64,000 nt of DNA from Actinomycetota bacterium (GCA_044508215.1 JBIQID010000003.1:10000-73999); one strand, 5' to 3'. Positions 48,353-58,251 are shown, counted from the first letter of the stretch. Numbers and translations are program-made. The notes: generated by a model from the sequence alone, not told the origin.

Positions 48353-50379
48353 GCCTGGCGCCGCCGGGGGCACTGGTCAGGCTGGCGCCGCTCGCGCCCG
48401 ACCACGGTGACGTGTTCGAGGCGTTCCCGTGGCCGACGCTCATCTGCGACCCGGCGGGTCTGGTCGTGGACCGGAACTCGGCAGCGGCGAACAGCTTGGG
48501 CGCGTCGATCGGCGTGCCGCTCAGCTCGCTCTTCTGCGAAGGCGACGACGTCGACACCCAGGCGGTGCGGGCGGCGGGGGGTGTGGCAGCCGAGCGTTCG
48601 GTGCTCACCCGTGCCGGGTGGCCGGGCCAGCTGCACCTGAACCCGCTGCGGGTCGGGCTGTGGTCGGTCGCCACCGTGCGCCCCAGCGGCGACGACGTCC
48701 GGCGCGACCAGGCGCTCCGCGCCCACGAGGACCGCTTCCAGGCGTTGTGCGCCCATGCGCCGGCCGGCATCCTCTGCGCCGAGGCGGGCATGCGGGTCGA
48801 CTACGTGAACGACCGCTGCGCAGAGCTGTTCGGCGTGGCGCCCGAGGGGATGTGGGGCTTCGGGTGGCTCGACGGCCTGGACGGCGAGGGTGCCGTCGAG
48901 GCGGCGGTGGAGGCGGTCGAGCGTGCCGTCGGCGGCGAGTCGGTGGGCCCCGTCGCCCTCACGGTGAGGCGGCCCGACGGGACGCGGCGGCGGGTCGAGG
49001 TGCGCTGCGCTCCCAACGGCACGTCGAGCGGCGGGTTCGTCGCCACGATCGAGGACGTCACCGAGGCGTGGACCCTGGCCGAGCGCCTCGAGCGGCAGGC
49101 ACGCAACGACGAGCTCACGGGGCTGGGCAACCGGCGGGTGATGGTCGACGCGATCGAGCAGGCGGTGGAAGCGGTGCACGCCGGCCGCCCGCCGTCGGCG
49201 CTGCTGTTCATCGACCTGGACAACTTCAAGTTCGTGAACGACACGTTCGGACACAACGCCGGCGACGCGCTGCTGGTCGAGGCGGCGAGGCGGCTGCTCG
49301 ACGGCGTCCGCGACGTCGACGTGGTCACGCGCTTCGGCGGCGACGAGTTCGTGGTGCTCCTCCCGGAGTGCGAGCGCGACGTCACCGACGTCGCCGACCG
49401 CCTCGTGGCCGCCATGGCGGCGCCGTACCACATCGACAACCGGGTGGCCGTGGTCACCGCGTCGGCCGGGATCGTGATGGTCGACGGGACCGGCGACGCC
49501 GAGGACGTGCTCCGCAACGCCGACGTGGCGATGTACCAGGCGAAGCGGGGCGGCAAGAACCGGGCCGCCACGTTCTCGCCGGCCGAGCGCCAGGCCGCCG
49601 AGCACCACATGACCGTCCTCGCCCGGCTGCGTGAAGCCCTCGAGGCGCACCCCGAGCGGTTCTCGGTGGCCTACCAGACGATCTGCACGCTCGACGGGGA
49701 GACGCTCGGTGTGGAGGCGCTCGCCCGCTGGGAGGATCCCGAGCTGGGTGCGGTGTCGCCCGACGTGTTCATCGCGACGGCCGAGATGAGCGGCTACGCG
49801 TCGCAGATCGGCGAGCTGATCCGCGGGATCGCCATCGCGGATGCTGCTCGGTGGAGGGCACAGGGATGGGACGGCTACCTCTCGGTGAACGTCTCGGCCG
49901 AGGAGCTGAGCGACGAGCGCCTCGCCAACCGCCTGACGAACCAGCTGGTCGCAGCCGGGTTCCCCTCGGCGTCGCTGTGCGTCGAGGTGACCGAGACGTC
50001 GGTGATGTCCGATCCGGAGGAGGCGCGTCGGATCCTGGACGGTCTGGCCACCCTCGGGGTTAGGATCTCGATCGACGACTTCGGTACGGGCCATTCCTCG
50101 TTGGCGTACCTGAAGCGCTTCCCGGTGAGCGTCCTGAAGGTCGACCGTGAGTTCGTGGACGGCGTCGGCGCCCAAGGCGAGGACCGGGCGATCTGCGCGG
50201 CGATCGTGGCGTTCGCCCATGCGATCGGGGTCAGTGTGATCGCGGAGGGGGTCGAGACGGAGGCGCAGGTCGCGGCGCTCCGGGAGCTCGGCGTCTCGGC
50301 GGGACAGGGCTGGTTCTTCTCCAAGCCGGCGCCCGCGGAAGAGCTGTCGGCCGTGCTGGACCCACGTCCGACGGGCTGA
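48349..50379 (+). CDS. PAS-PAS-GGDEF-EAL c-di-GMP turnover protein
   Basis: TTG 48349 overlaps the HDOD stop (TTGA). GGDEF with RDVD I-site. EAL motifs EALARW, DDFGTGHSSL, KVDREF, EGVET. Confidence 0.9.
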   Translation: MSLAPPGALVRLAPLAPDHGDVFEAFPWPTLICDPAGLVVDRNSAAANSLGASIGVPLSSLFCEGDDVDTQAVRAAGGVAAERSVLTRAGWPGQLHLNPLRVGLWSVATVRPSGDDVRRDQALRAHEDRFQALCAHAPAGILCAEAGMRVDYVNDRCAELFGVAPEGMWGFGWLDGLDGEGAVEAAVEAVERAVGGESVGPVALTVRRPDGTRRRVEVRCAPNGTSSGGFVATIEDVTEAWTLAERLERQARNDELTGLGNRRVMVDAIEQAVEAVHAGRPPSALLFIDLDNFKFVNDTFGHNAGDALLVEAARRLLDGVRDVDVVTRFGGDEFVVLLPECERDVTDVADRLVAAMAAPYHIDNRVAVVTASAGIVMVDGTGDAEDVLRNADVAMYQAKRGGKNRAATFSPAERQAAEHHMTVLARLREALEAHPERFSVAYQTICTLDGETLGVEALARWEDPELGAVSPDVFIATAEMSGYASQIGELIRGIAIADAARWRAQGWDGYLSVNVSAEELSDERLANRLTNQLVAAGFPSASLCVEVTETSVMSDPEEARRILDGLATLGVRISIDDFGTGHSSLAYLKRFPVSVLKVDREFVDGVGAQGEDRAICAAIVAFAHAIGVSVIAEGVETEAQVAALRELGVSAGQGWFFSKPAPAEELSAVLDPRPTG

Positions 50380-50403
50380 GCGGCGCCGCGTCGTCGGGGT
50401 GCC

Positions 50404-51549
50404 TCAGCGCGCCGGCGAGGTGCGCACCGAGACCCTCGGCCTGGCGCTCGCCGGGGCCTCCGCGTGCGGCGAGATGGTCATCAGCGCCACGTCGTCGTCG
50501 AACCCATCGGGCCCGCCGAACGTGAGGAGCAGGTCGTCGAGGCTGAAGCCGGGGTTGCGGCGCACGTACTCGAGGAGCTCGCCCTCGCTCCAGCGCCCCT
50601 CCGCTGGTGGGGCCTTCCGGTTCTCGATCAGGCCGTCGGTGTAGAGCAGCAGCACGCCGTCCGACGCGAGGTCGAGCTCGACCACCTGCCGGCCCGACCG
50701 TGTGGGCACACCGAGCGGCGCCGAGTTGCAGGTGTCGAGCAGGCGGGTGTCCTCGTCGACCACGATCGGCCAGCAGTGCCCCGCCGAGCACATCTCGATG
50801 CGCGGGTCCCCGGGCATCACCCGGCCGACCAGGGCGGTCGCGAAGCCGTCGAAGCGGCCGTCCTCGAAGAACGAACGCTGCAGCGCGTCCAACCAGTAGC
50901 AGGGGTCGTCGGGATGCTCGATCGCTATCGCCTTCCACCCGGCCCGCACGACCACGCCGAACGCAGCAGCGCTCGCGCCGTGGCCCGACACGTCGCCGAT
51001 GATGAAGCCGAGCGCCCCGTCGGGGAGCGTCACCGCATCCAGGAAGTCGCCGCCCACGGCGAGTCGCTCGTCCCCGGGGACGTAGCGCACGCCCGTGCCG
51101 ATGCCCTCGGGTGGCAGCGGGACGGTGACCAGCCGCGTCTGGAGGGCGTCGACGACCTGGCGCGCCGAGACGCTCTCCTCGAGCTGCTGCTCCCGCCGGC
51201 CGCGGTGCCATGCCAGGAGCGCTGCGGCCGCGGCGGCGACGAGCACGATCACGATCCGTGTCCAGAGGACGGGCCCGTTCACGCCGTCGTCGACGGCGCC
51301 CGCCACGGCGGTGCTCACGACGCTGAACAGCCCGATGACGGAGACCTCGGCGGGTCCGGAGATGACCGCGACGAAGAGCGCCGGCAGCACGAACATGCTG
51401 AGCGGGCTGTTGGCGGTGTCGGTGATCGCCGCATACACGATGACGACGACGAGCAGCGCCGCCACGCCGATGCCGATGCCCCGCCGGTCGAGCGTCACAG
51501 GCGCATCCGACGCGGTCGCGTCCCCTTCGGCCGTGCTCACTCCGGTCAT
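50404..51549 (-). CDS. Membrane-anchored PP2C/SpoIIE-family phosphatase
   Basis: ORF track 381 aa. About 4 TM helices, then GGDFLDAV...GDVSGHGASAA...LLLYTDGLIENR. Confidence 0.85.
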   Translation of the reverse strand: MTGVSTAEGDATASDAPVTLDRRGIGIGVAALLVVVIVYAAITDTANSPLSMFVLPALFVAVISGPAEVSVIGLFSVVSTAVAGAVDDGVNGPVLWTRIVIVLVAAAAAALLAWHRGRREQQLEESVSARQVVDALQTRLVTVPLPPEGIGTGVRYVPGDERLAVGGDFLDAVTLPDGALGFIIGDVSGHGASAAAFGVVVRAGWKAIAIEHPDDPCYWLDALQRSFFEDGRFDGFATALVGRVMPGDPRIEMCSAGHCWPIVVDEDTRLLDTCNSAPLGVPTRSGRQVVELDLASDGVLLLYTDGLIENRKAPPAEGRWSEGELLEYVRRNPGFSLDDLLLTFGGPDGFDDDVALMTISPHAEAPASARPRVSVRTSPAR

Positions 51550-51656
51550 CGGGGCGAGCGTAGCGAGGGCCGGGTCGGCGGAGAGGTGTAGCCGCCGGAC
51601 GTCACGGGCCTCGCTGGAGTCGCCGTCCGGAGGGCGGGCTGCAGGGTGGGGAACCC

Positions 51657-51974
51657 CTATGACGTCGACCTCGACGGCTCGACGTCGAGGACCACCTCGA
51701 ACTCGAGCAGGTCGGCACCGCTCGCCACGGGCTTTCCGTGCTGTCCGGCGTGGGCCGCGCGGGCGTCACCGTCACGCCAGGCTTCGTAGCTCGGCTGGTC
51801 CTCCCACTGCGTGAACACGAAGTAGCGGTCGTCGCCGGCCACCGGCCGGAGCAGCTGGAAGCCGAGGAACCCCGCCACGTCCTCCATGGAGCCGGCGCGG
51901 GCGGCGAAGCGCCGCTCCAGCTCCTCTCGGGCCTGCTCGGGGACGCTGATCGCGTTGATCTTCACGATGGACAT
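51657..51974 (-). CDS. Antibiotic-biosynthesis-monooxygenase (ABM) fold protein, MhuD/IsdG-like
   Basis: ORF track 105 aa. Motif: FLGFQLLRPV...YFVFTQWEDQPSYEAW. Confidence 0.75.
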   Translation of the reverse strand: MSIVKINAISVPEQAREELERRFAARAGSMEDVAGFLGFQLLRPVAGDDRYFVFTQWEDQPSYEAWRDGDARAAHAGQHGKPVASGADLLEFEVVLDVEPSRSTS

Positions 51975-52007
51975 GGGACCGACCCTAGGTGGGCCGGTCC
52001 CAGCGCC

Positions 52008-53120
52008 CTACGCGGCGACCACCTGATCGGCTGCGATCCGCTCACGCACGAGCGGAGCAACCTCCGTGCCGTAGAGCTCGATCGATCGCATCAGCTTCTC
52101 GTGCGGCAACGTGCCGAGGCTGTACTTCAGGTCGAACCGGGTGAGGCCCAGCTCCTGGGAGACACGGGCGATCTTCTCTGCGACCGTCTGCGGGGAGCCG
52201 ACGAAGAGTGCCCCGTCGGGACCGGCGCCCTGCTCGAAGTGGATCCGGTTGGCGGGCGGCCACCCCCGGTCGCGTCCGATGCGGTCCTGCATCTCCTTGT
52301 AGTGCGGCCACATCTCCTCGCGGGCCTGCTCGTCGGTCTCGGCGACGTAGCCGGGCGCGTGGACGCCCACGGGCTGAGAGGGCTGCCCGAAGTGCTCGAG
52401 TGCCTTGTGGTACAGGTCGACCAGCGGAGCGAAGCGGCTGGGCTGGCCACCGATGATGGCGAGCATCAACGGGAGGCCGTAGTTCGCTGCCCGGGCGACC
52501 GACTCGGGGCTGCCGCCCACGCCCACCCAGGTCGTCAGCTGCCCCGATGCCGTCTTCGGGTACACGGAAAGGTCGTGGATCGCCGCCCTGGTGTTGCCCG
52601 ACCACGTCACCGGCTGCTCCTTGCGGAGCTCGGCGAACAGCTGGAGCTTCTCTTCGAAGAGCTCCTCGTACTGGGAGAGGGGGTAGCCGAAGAGCGGGAA
52701 CGACTCGGTGAACGAGCCCCGGCCCAGGATCACCTCGGCCCGTCCGTTCGAGATCGCGTCCAGGGTGGCGAAGCGCTGGTACACCCGCACCGGGTCGTCC
52801 GAGCTGAGGACGGTGACCGCGGTGCCCAGGTGGATCTGCTCGGTGCGACCGGCGATGGCGGCGAGCACGATCTCCGGGGCGGAGACCGCGAAGTCCGACC
52901 GGTGGTGCTCGCCCACACCGAAGAAGTCGAGGCCGAGGCGGTCCGCGAGGACGCCCTCCTCGACCACGTTGCGCAACACCTGGTCGTGGGGGAGGGGGTT
53001 GCCGTCGGCGTCGAAGGTGACGTCGCCGAAGGTGTCGAGGCCCAGCTCGAGCCGCGGCCGCTCGGGCGCGCCGTCGTCGAGGCCGTCCAGGTTGGGGGTG
53101 GGGTCTGGTCGAGCGTCCAT
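52008..53120 (-). CDS. LLM-class flavin-dependent oxidoreductase
   Basis: ATG 53120 follows a CCAGGAGGAG RBS, 370 aa. Motifs: FFGVGEHH, LGTAVTVLSSDDP, GRAEVILGRGS. Confidence 0.85.
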   Translation of the reverse strand: MDARPDPTPNLDGLDDGAPERPRLELGLDTFGDVTFDADGNPLPHDQVLRNVVEEGVLADRLGLDFFGVGEHHRSDFAVSAPEIVLAAIAGRTEQIHLGTAVTVLSSDDPVRVYQRFATLDAISNGRAEVILGRGSFTESFPLFGYPLSQYEELFEEKLQLFAELRKEQPVTWSGNTRAAIHDLSVYPKTASGQLTTWVGVGGSPESVARAANYGLPLMLAIIGGQPSRFAPLVDLYHKALEHFGQPSQPVGVHAPGYVAETDEQAREEMWPHYKEMQDRIGRDRGWPPANRIHFEQGAGPDGALFVGSPQTVAEKIARVSQELGLTRFDLKYSLGTLPHEKLMRSIELYGTEVAPLVRERIAADQVVAA

Positions 53121-53283
53121 CTCGGCTCCTCCTGGGTCGAGGTCCTGCCCGGTCGTCCCGGGTCGCAGACGGGACAACCTAGATGAGGATTCAACTATTC
53201 CTGAGCTGGCACCCGACCGTCTCCAGGGCCCCGCGCCTGGACCCCGACCTCGCGCGACGCGGTGCCGGTACCGTCTGCCCACC

Positions 53284-54015
53284 ATGACGATCGTGCTCAT
53301 CCACGGCGGCGGGTCCACCGCCCGTTTCTGGGACCGCCTGGTCCCACTGCTCGACGGCGACGTCCTGGCGGTCGACCTGCCCGGTCGAGGCGCCCACCAG
53401 GCGGACCTCGGCTCGATCACCGTCGACGACGAGGTTGCCTCGGTGGCGGCTGACGTGGTGGGCCACGCTCCCGACGGGCCCGTGGTCGTGGTGGCCCACT
53501 CCTCGGGCGGGCTCTGCGTGCCGGGTGTGGTGGCAGCGCTCGGCGACCGCGTCGACCACGTGGTGCTGAACGCCGCGCTCGTCCCGCCGGAGGGCGGGTC
53601 GGGGCTCGACTGCATGCAGCCACACCACAGCGAGGGCCTCGCAGCCGCGGTGGAGGCGGCAGCAGGCGGTCCGCCGATCACCCTCCCCGGGCCACCCGAC
53701 GACCCCGAGCGAGCGAGGAGGGCCTACGGGTCCGACCCGCTGAGCGACGAGGATCTGGCCTTCGTGGTGGACCCCGTCCGCTACGTCCCCGACACCGTGC
53801 ACCACTACTTCCAGCCGGTGCGCTGGTCGGCGGCTGCCTCGGTGCCGGTGACCTACGTGCTGACCGAGCGCGACCGTCCCGTGCCCGCCGACCTCCAGGA
53901 GGAGATGGCCGGGCGCCTGCCGAACCCGCCCGAGCTGCTGCGCCTGCCCACCGGCCACATCCCCGCGATCACCCACCCCGATCTCCTGGCGGAGCTGATC
54001 CGGAAGGTCGGCTGA
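53284..54015 (+). CDS. Alpha/beta-fold hydrolase
   Basis: ATG 53284. IVLIHGGGST, VVVAHSSGG (GxSxG-type), C-terminal TGHIPAITHP. Confidence 0.8.
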   Translation: MTIVLIHGGGSTARFWDRLVPLLDGDVLAVDLPGRGAHQADLGSITVDDEVASVAADVVGHAPDGPVVVVAHSSGGLCVPGVVAALGDRVDHVVLNAALVPPEGGSGLDCMQPHHSEGLAAAVEAAAGGPPITLPGPPDDPERARRAYGSDPLSDEDLAFVVDPVRYVPDTVHHYFQPVRWSAAASVPVTYVLTERDRPVPADLQEEMAGRLPNPPELLRLPTGHIPAITHPDLLAELIRKVG

Positions 54016-54084
54016 CCTTCTGGTCCGGGCCAGCTCCGCCGTCGGGCCGGCCTCGATTCGCTCGGCGACCTCGTGCCGCTACCA

Positions 54085-54138
54085 CCGTTCTGTCGTGCGG
54101 GGTGCGACAGGGACGTCGCACCTCGCATGACGAAACCC
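54085..54138 (+). repeat. Long-stem palindromic element, copy B
   Basis: CCGTTCTGTCGTGCGGGGTGCGAC-AGGGAC-GTCGCACCTCGCATGACGAAACCC. Shares its flanks and part of its core with copy A. The mismatches are G-T only when read on the plus strand. Confidence 0.75.
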
Positions 54139-54184
54139 AGAGCTGTGCCTCATCAGAGGGGATCGGGGTGCCGACGAAGTTCGG

Positions 54185-55870
54185 GTGTCAACGACCTCCC
54201 TGCACCCCTCTGTTCCTCTCGCCCAGCGCCCGGGTTCGCGCCGCGTGCGCTCCCTGCGAATCGCCCTGGCCCTGTTCCTCGCAGGGCTGCTCGCTGTGGC
54301 CGGAGCGATCGCCAGCCTCCTCGCCGGCTCGACCGAGCCCGCCGGGGCAGCCACCTTCACGGTGACCTCCGATGCAGATGACGGGAGCCCCGGCACCCTC
54401 CGCGCTGCGATCACCGACGCGAACGCCAGCCCCGGTCCGGACGTGATCACCATCGGTCCCCTGGGCACGATCACGCTGACGTCACCGCTCCCCGAGATCA
54501 CCGACGAGCTGATCATCACGGGTCCGGGCGCGGCGGACCTCACGCTCGACGGCGGCGGAAACGAGGTGTTCCGAGTCGACACCACGGTCGGCGCGCAGAT
54601 CCCCCTCACCGTCAGTGGGATGACGCTGACCAACCCGACCTCGACGGAAGGCGGACTGCTCCTCAACACGTGGGGCCAGGTCGTCTTCGAGGAGGTCCTG
54701 CTGACGGGGATCAACAGCAACGGCGCGATCTCCACGGTGGGCGGCGGCACGTTCACGCTCCTCCGGTCGACGGCCGACGGCAACTCCGGGACGCTCATCA
54801 TCTCCGACCACGGCAACACCCCGGCGACGACCGCGCCCGAGGCGGACTACGAGAACCGCACCTACGTGGTCGAGTCGACGATCACGAACACCGGTCCCGG
54901 GGGCTACGGGTGTGCGATCGCGACGGAGCGGCGCCTCTACGTGATCGACAGCACCATCACCGACACCTGGGCGACTGCCGTCTGCGCCCGCGGGCTGAAC
55001 GGGGCGTCCTTCGTGTCGTCGACGATCGCACGCAACGGAGGCCACGGCGTCCTCCTCGAGGGCTACACCACCGCCTCGGTCACCCAGAACGACACCACGT
55101 TCGTCGACGTGGCCATCTACGACAACGGTGGCTGGGGGATCTTCAACGGCTACATGACCGACGTCGGCGGGCCCACGGTGATGTGGGATCCGCCCGGCCT
55201 GACGATCACGGACTCGGCGATCTTCGGGAGCGCCGCCGACGTCGGGTTCATCGACGGGTCCAAGATCGTGGGCTCGCTGATCAGCATCCCTCGACCGCCG
55301 TCGGGTGCCGTCGGTGTCGCCGGCGAGGAAGAGGTGGAGGTGTCGTGGACGGCACCGACCTCCGACAGCGGCTCTGCGATCACCAGCTACACGGTGACGG
55401 CGACCCCGGGTGGCGCCACCTGCACCGCCCCGGCGCCCGACACCACCTGCACGGTGACCGGCCTGACCGGCGGCGTGGCCCACACGTTCCAGGTGTCGGC
55501 CACGAACGCCAACGGGCCCAGCTGGCTGTCGCCGGCCAGCGCGTCGGTGACCCCGACCGCCGCGCCCGTCGCTCCCACGACGACCGCTGCGCCGACCACC
55601 ACCATCGCTCCGACCGGCGCCACGGGCGGTCCGACGAACGCCGCACCGACGCCCACCACGACGGTCGCTCCCGTGCCGGTGGCAGGTGACGGAGACGACG
55701 CGCCTGCCGGCGACCCATCGAGGAGCCGCAACGCCGGTGAGCGCGGATCGCCGAACCGGTCGCTCGCCTTCACCGGGACGTCCTCGACCACGCTCGCGCT
55801 GCTGGCCATGGCGCTCATCGCCTTCGGCTCCGCAGCGGTCGTGGCGACACGCGGGCGAACCGTCGGGTAG
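54185..55870 (+). CDS. Cell-wall-anchored surface protein: signal peptide, right-handed beta-helix, FN3 domain, Pro/Thr linker, LAFTG sortase signal
   Basis: TFTVTSDADDGSPGTLRAAITDAN start of the beta-helix. FN3-like VEVSWTAPTSDSGSAITSYTVTA. C-terminal LAFTG, then a hydrophobic helix and RGR tail. The start (GTG 54185) is uncertain. Confidence 0.85.
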   Translation: MSTTSLHPSVPLAQRPGSRRVRSLRIALALFLAGLLAVAGAIASLLAGSTEPAGAATFTVTSDADDGSPGTLRAAITDANASPGPDVITIGPLGTITLTSPLPEITDELIITGPGAADLTLDGGGNEVFRVDTTVGAQIPLTVSGMTLTNPTSTEGGLLLNTWGQVVFEEVLLTGINSNGAISTVGGGTFTLLRSTADGNSGTLIISDHGNTPATTAPEADYENRTYVVESTITNTGPGGYGCAIATERRLYVIDSTITDTWATAVCARGLNGASFVSSTIARNGGHGVLLEGYTTASVTQNDTTFVDVAIYDNGGWGIFNGYMTDVGGPTVMWDPPGLTITDSAIFGSAADVGFIDGSKIVGSLISIPRPPSGAVGVAGEEEVEVSWTAPTSDSGSAITSYTVTATPGGATCTAPAPDTTCTVTGLTGGVAHTFQVSATNANGPSWLSPASASVTPTAAPVAPTTTAAPTTTIAPTGATGGPTNAAPTPTTTVAPVPVAGDGDDAPAGDPSRSRNAGERGSPNRSLAFTGTSSTTLALLAMALIAFGSAAVVATRGRTVG

Positions 55871-55992
55871 TCGTTCCGGGTGGTCGTTCCAGCGCCCGGT
55901 CGTCGTGCACCGGTGTCGCTGGGGACACCGACGCAGCGGCGACGGACCGACCCGGCGCGCGGCCGGCGCCGCGTGCACCAACATGTGCCGCC

Positions 55993-57690
55993 ATGACCTC
56001 CGAGTGGTGGCGTTCGACGACGATCTATCAGGTGTACCCGCGGTCCTTCCAGGACTCGAACGGGGACGGCATCGGTGACCTCCAGGGGATCATCGACCGC
56101 CTCGACCACCTCGTCGAGCTGGGGGTGGGGACGCTGTGGGTGTCGCCGTTCTTCGACAGCCCGCAGGTCGACTTCGGCTACGACGTCCGCGACTACACGG
56201 GCGTGGCGCCCGAGTACGGAAGCGTCGCCGACGCCGAGCGGCTGATCGAGGAGGCGCACTCCCGGGGCCTCCGGGTGCTGTTCGACCTGGTCCTCAACCA
56301 CACCTCCGACGAACATCCGTGGTTCGTCGAGAGCCGGTCGTCGCGCGACAACCCGAAGGCCGACTGGTACCTCTGGCGCGACGGGCGAGGAGAGGGCGGT
56401 CGGCGTCCGCCGAACAACTGGCGTTCCGTCGCCGAGATCACGTCCGGTTGGTACTGGGCCGAGGAGCGGCAGCAGTGGTACCTGGCGTCGTTCCTGCCGT
56501 GCCAGCCCGACCTCAACTGGCGGAACCCCGAGGTGAAGGAGGCGCTCTTCGACGCCGTCCGCTTCTGGCTGGAGCGAGGGGTCGACGGGTTCAGGCTCGA
56601 CATGTTCGGCGACATCATGAAGGACCCGACCTTCGCCGACCTGAAGGCCCGGCCGAAGCTGGTCGGCGGCATCCCGCGGATCTGGGACCGCACGCCGATC
56701 CAGAACACGCCCGACAACATGCAGCTCGCCAAGGACCTCCGAGCGGTGTGCCGGGAGTACGACCGCAAGGGCGGCCCGATCGGCGACGGGCCGCACGCCG
56801 ACGACCGCGAGCGCATCCTCCTGGGCGAGGTGTTCGGCTCGGCCGAGGTGCTCCGCTCGTACCTGGGGGACGGTGACGGCCTCCAGCTCGTGTTCCTCTT
56901 CGAGTTCCTCGCGTTCCGCTACAGCGCGTCGTGGCTCCGCAGCAGGATCACCGAGTACGAGGCCGAGTTCCCCTTCCCGCTGGAGCCCACCTACGTCCTC
57001 GAGAACCACGACCGCAGTCGGCTGGTCGACCGGGTGGGCGGCGACCTGCGCAAGGCACGCGTGCTGGCCACCGTGCTGTGCGCGCTGCGCGGCGTTCCGA
57101 CGCTCTACCAGGGCCAGGAGGTCGCGCAGAGCAACACGTACATCCCGCTCGCACAGGCGAAGGATCCGATCCCCGGCACGTACTTCCCGTGGCTGCCAGA
57201 GGCGGTGAACCGCAGGATCGGGGAGCGCCTGAACCGCGACGAGGTGCGGACCCCCATGCAGTGGGACTCGTCGACCACCGCCGGCTTCACCGATCCGGGG
57301 GTGGAGCCGTGGCTGCCGGTGAACGACGACCGTGCGACCCGGAACGTCGCCGACCAGACCGGCGACCCGGCGTCGGTGCTGTCGTTGTACAAGGCGCTGC
57401 TGGCGCTGCGGCGCGAGCACCCGGCGCTGGCCGGAGGTCGGCTCGACCTCGTCGCCGGAGCGCCCGAGGGCACGGTCGCGTGGGTCCGCAACGACGGCAC
57501 AGAGCGGGTCGTCGTGGCGGCGAACATGTCCGACGACGTCCAGCGGGTCCCGCTGGGAGTCGCTGGGGCCGAGCTCCTGTTGGGCACCGATCCGGCGGTC
57601 GAGCTGACCGCTGCGGTCCCCGCGGTCCGGCTGCCGCCGCACACGGCGGCGATCGTCGCGCTCCCGGCCGCCCCGGACGGAGAGGACTGA
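55993..57690 (+). CDS. GH13 alpha-glucosidase / oligo-1,6-glucosidase-type enzyme
   Basis: Motifs: YQVYPRSFQDSNGDGIGDL, DLVLNHTS, GVDGFRLDM (nucleophile region), and a LENHD-type motif. Confidence 0.95.
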   Translation: MTSEWWRSTTIYQVYPRSFQDSNGDGIGDLQGIIDRLDHLVELGVGTLWVSPFFDSPQVDFGYDVRDYTGVAPEYGSVADAERLIEEAHSRGLRVLFDLVLNHTSDEHPWFVESRSSRDNPKADWYLWRDGRGEGGRRPPNNWRSVAEITSGWYWAEERQQWYLASFLPCQPDLNWRNPEVKEALFDAVRFWLERGVDGFRLDMFGDIMKDPTFADLKARPKLVGGIPRIWDRTPIQNTPDNMQLAKDLRAVCREYDRKGGPIGDGPHADDRERILLGEVFGSAEVLRSYLGDGDGLQLVFLFEFLAFRYSASWLRSRITEYEAEFPFPLEPTYVLENHDRSRLVDRVGGDLRKARVLATVLCALRGVPTLYQGQEVAQSNTYIPLAQAKDPIPGTYFPWLPEAVNRRIGERLNRDEVRTPMQWDSSTTAGFTDPGVEPWLPVNDDRATRNVADQTGDPASVLSLYKALLALRREHPALAGGRLDLVAGAPEGTVAWVRNDGTERVVVAANMSDDVQRVPLGVAGAELLLGTDPAVELTAAVPAVRLPPHTAAIVALPAAPDGED

Positions 57691-58251
57691 TCAGGCGCGT
57701 TCGTAGCGGAGCTGCACCACGCCGTTGCTGAAGGTGTGGTTGTCGACCAGCCGCAGCGGGGTCTGGCGGTCGACCTCGCCGAAGAACCGGTTCCCCCGGC
57801 CCAGCACCACAGGCTGGAGGATGATCAGGTACTGGTCGATCAGGTCCAGCTCGATGAAGGTGCGCGACAGCTGACCGCCGCCGAGCATCAGGTCACCGTC
57901 GAGGCTGTCCGCGATCGCTCGGATCTCCTCGGGGACCACCTCGCGGAGGATCGTCGTGCCCCAGCCGGCCTCCTGGAGGGTGGTCGACACGACGTACTTC
58001 GGGGTGTCCCGCCAGATGGGTGCGAACTCGCGGGCCACGGCCGGCATCGACTCGTCGTCGTCGGCGTTCGGCCAGAAGTCGGCCATCCCCTGCCACGTGA
58101 TGCGCCCGTCGATGAACGCCCCGGCCTGAGCGAGGTCGTGGTTGAAGCGGGCGTGCACCTCCTCGTCGACCTGGTGCCAGTCGAGCTCCTGGTTCGGCCC
58201 CTCGAAGAACCCGTCGAGCGACAGGCCCATCATCATCACGATCTTCCCCAT
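57691..58251 (-). CDS. Dihydrofolate-reductase-like (RibD C-terminal domain) family protein
   Basis: MGKIVMMMGLSLDGFFEGPN...LDWH, then LLGGGQL. ATG 58251; the ORF track offers GTG 58254. Its stop abuts the stop of the convergent glucosidase gene. Confidence 0.85.
   Translation of the reverse strand: MGKIVMMMGLSLDGFFEGPNQELDWHQVDEEVHARFNHDLAQAGAFIDGRITWQGMADFWPNADDDESMPAVAREFAPIWRDTPKYVVSTTLQEAGWGTTILREVVPEEIRAIADSLDGDLMLGGGQLSRTFIELDLIDQYLIILQPVVLGRGNRFFGEVDRQTPLRLVDNHTFSNGVVQLRYERA

Noticed and set aside
53160-53200. AT-rich imperfect inverted repeat AGGATTCAACTATTCCT between the LLM and hydrolase genes, as an operator
   Set aside because: Only a 4-5 bp arm match, and no regulator gene adjacent. 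Too weak to call.
57688-57693. Abutting convergent stop codons forming TGATCA
   Set aside because: The glucosidase TGA and the reverse-strand TGA of the DHFR-like gene touch and form a palindrome. This is most simply a coincidence of tight packing. No hairpin or other signal surrounds it.
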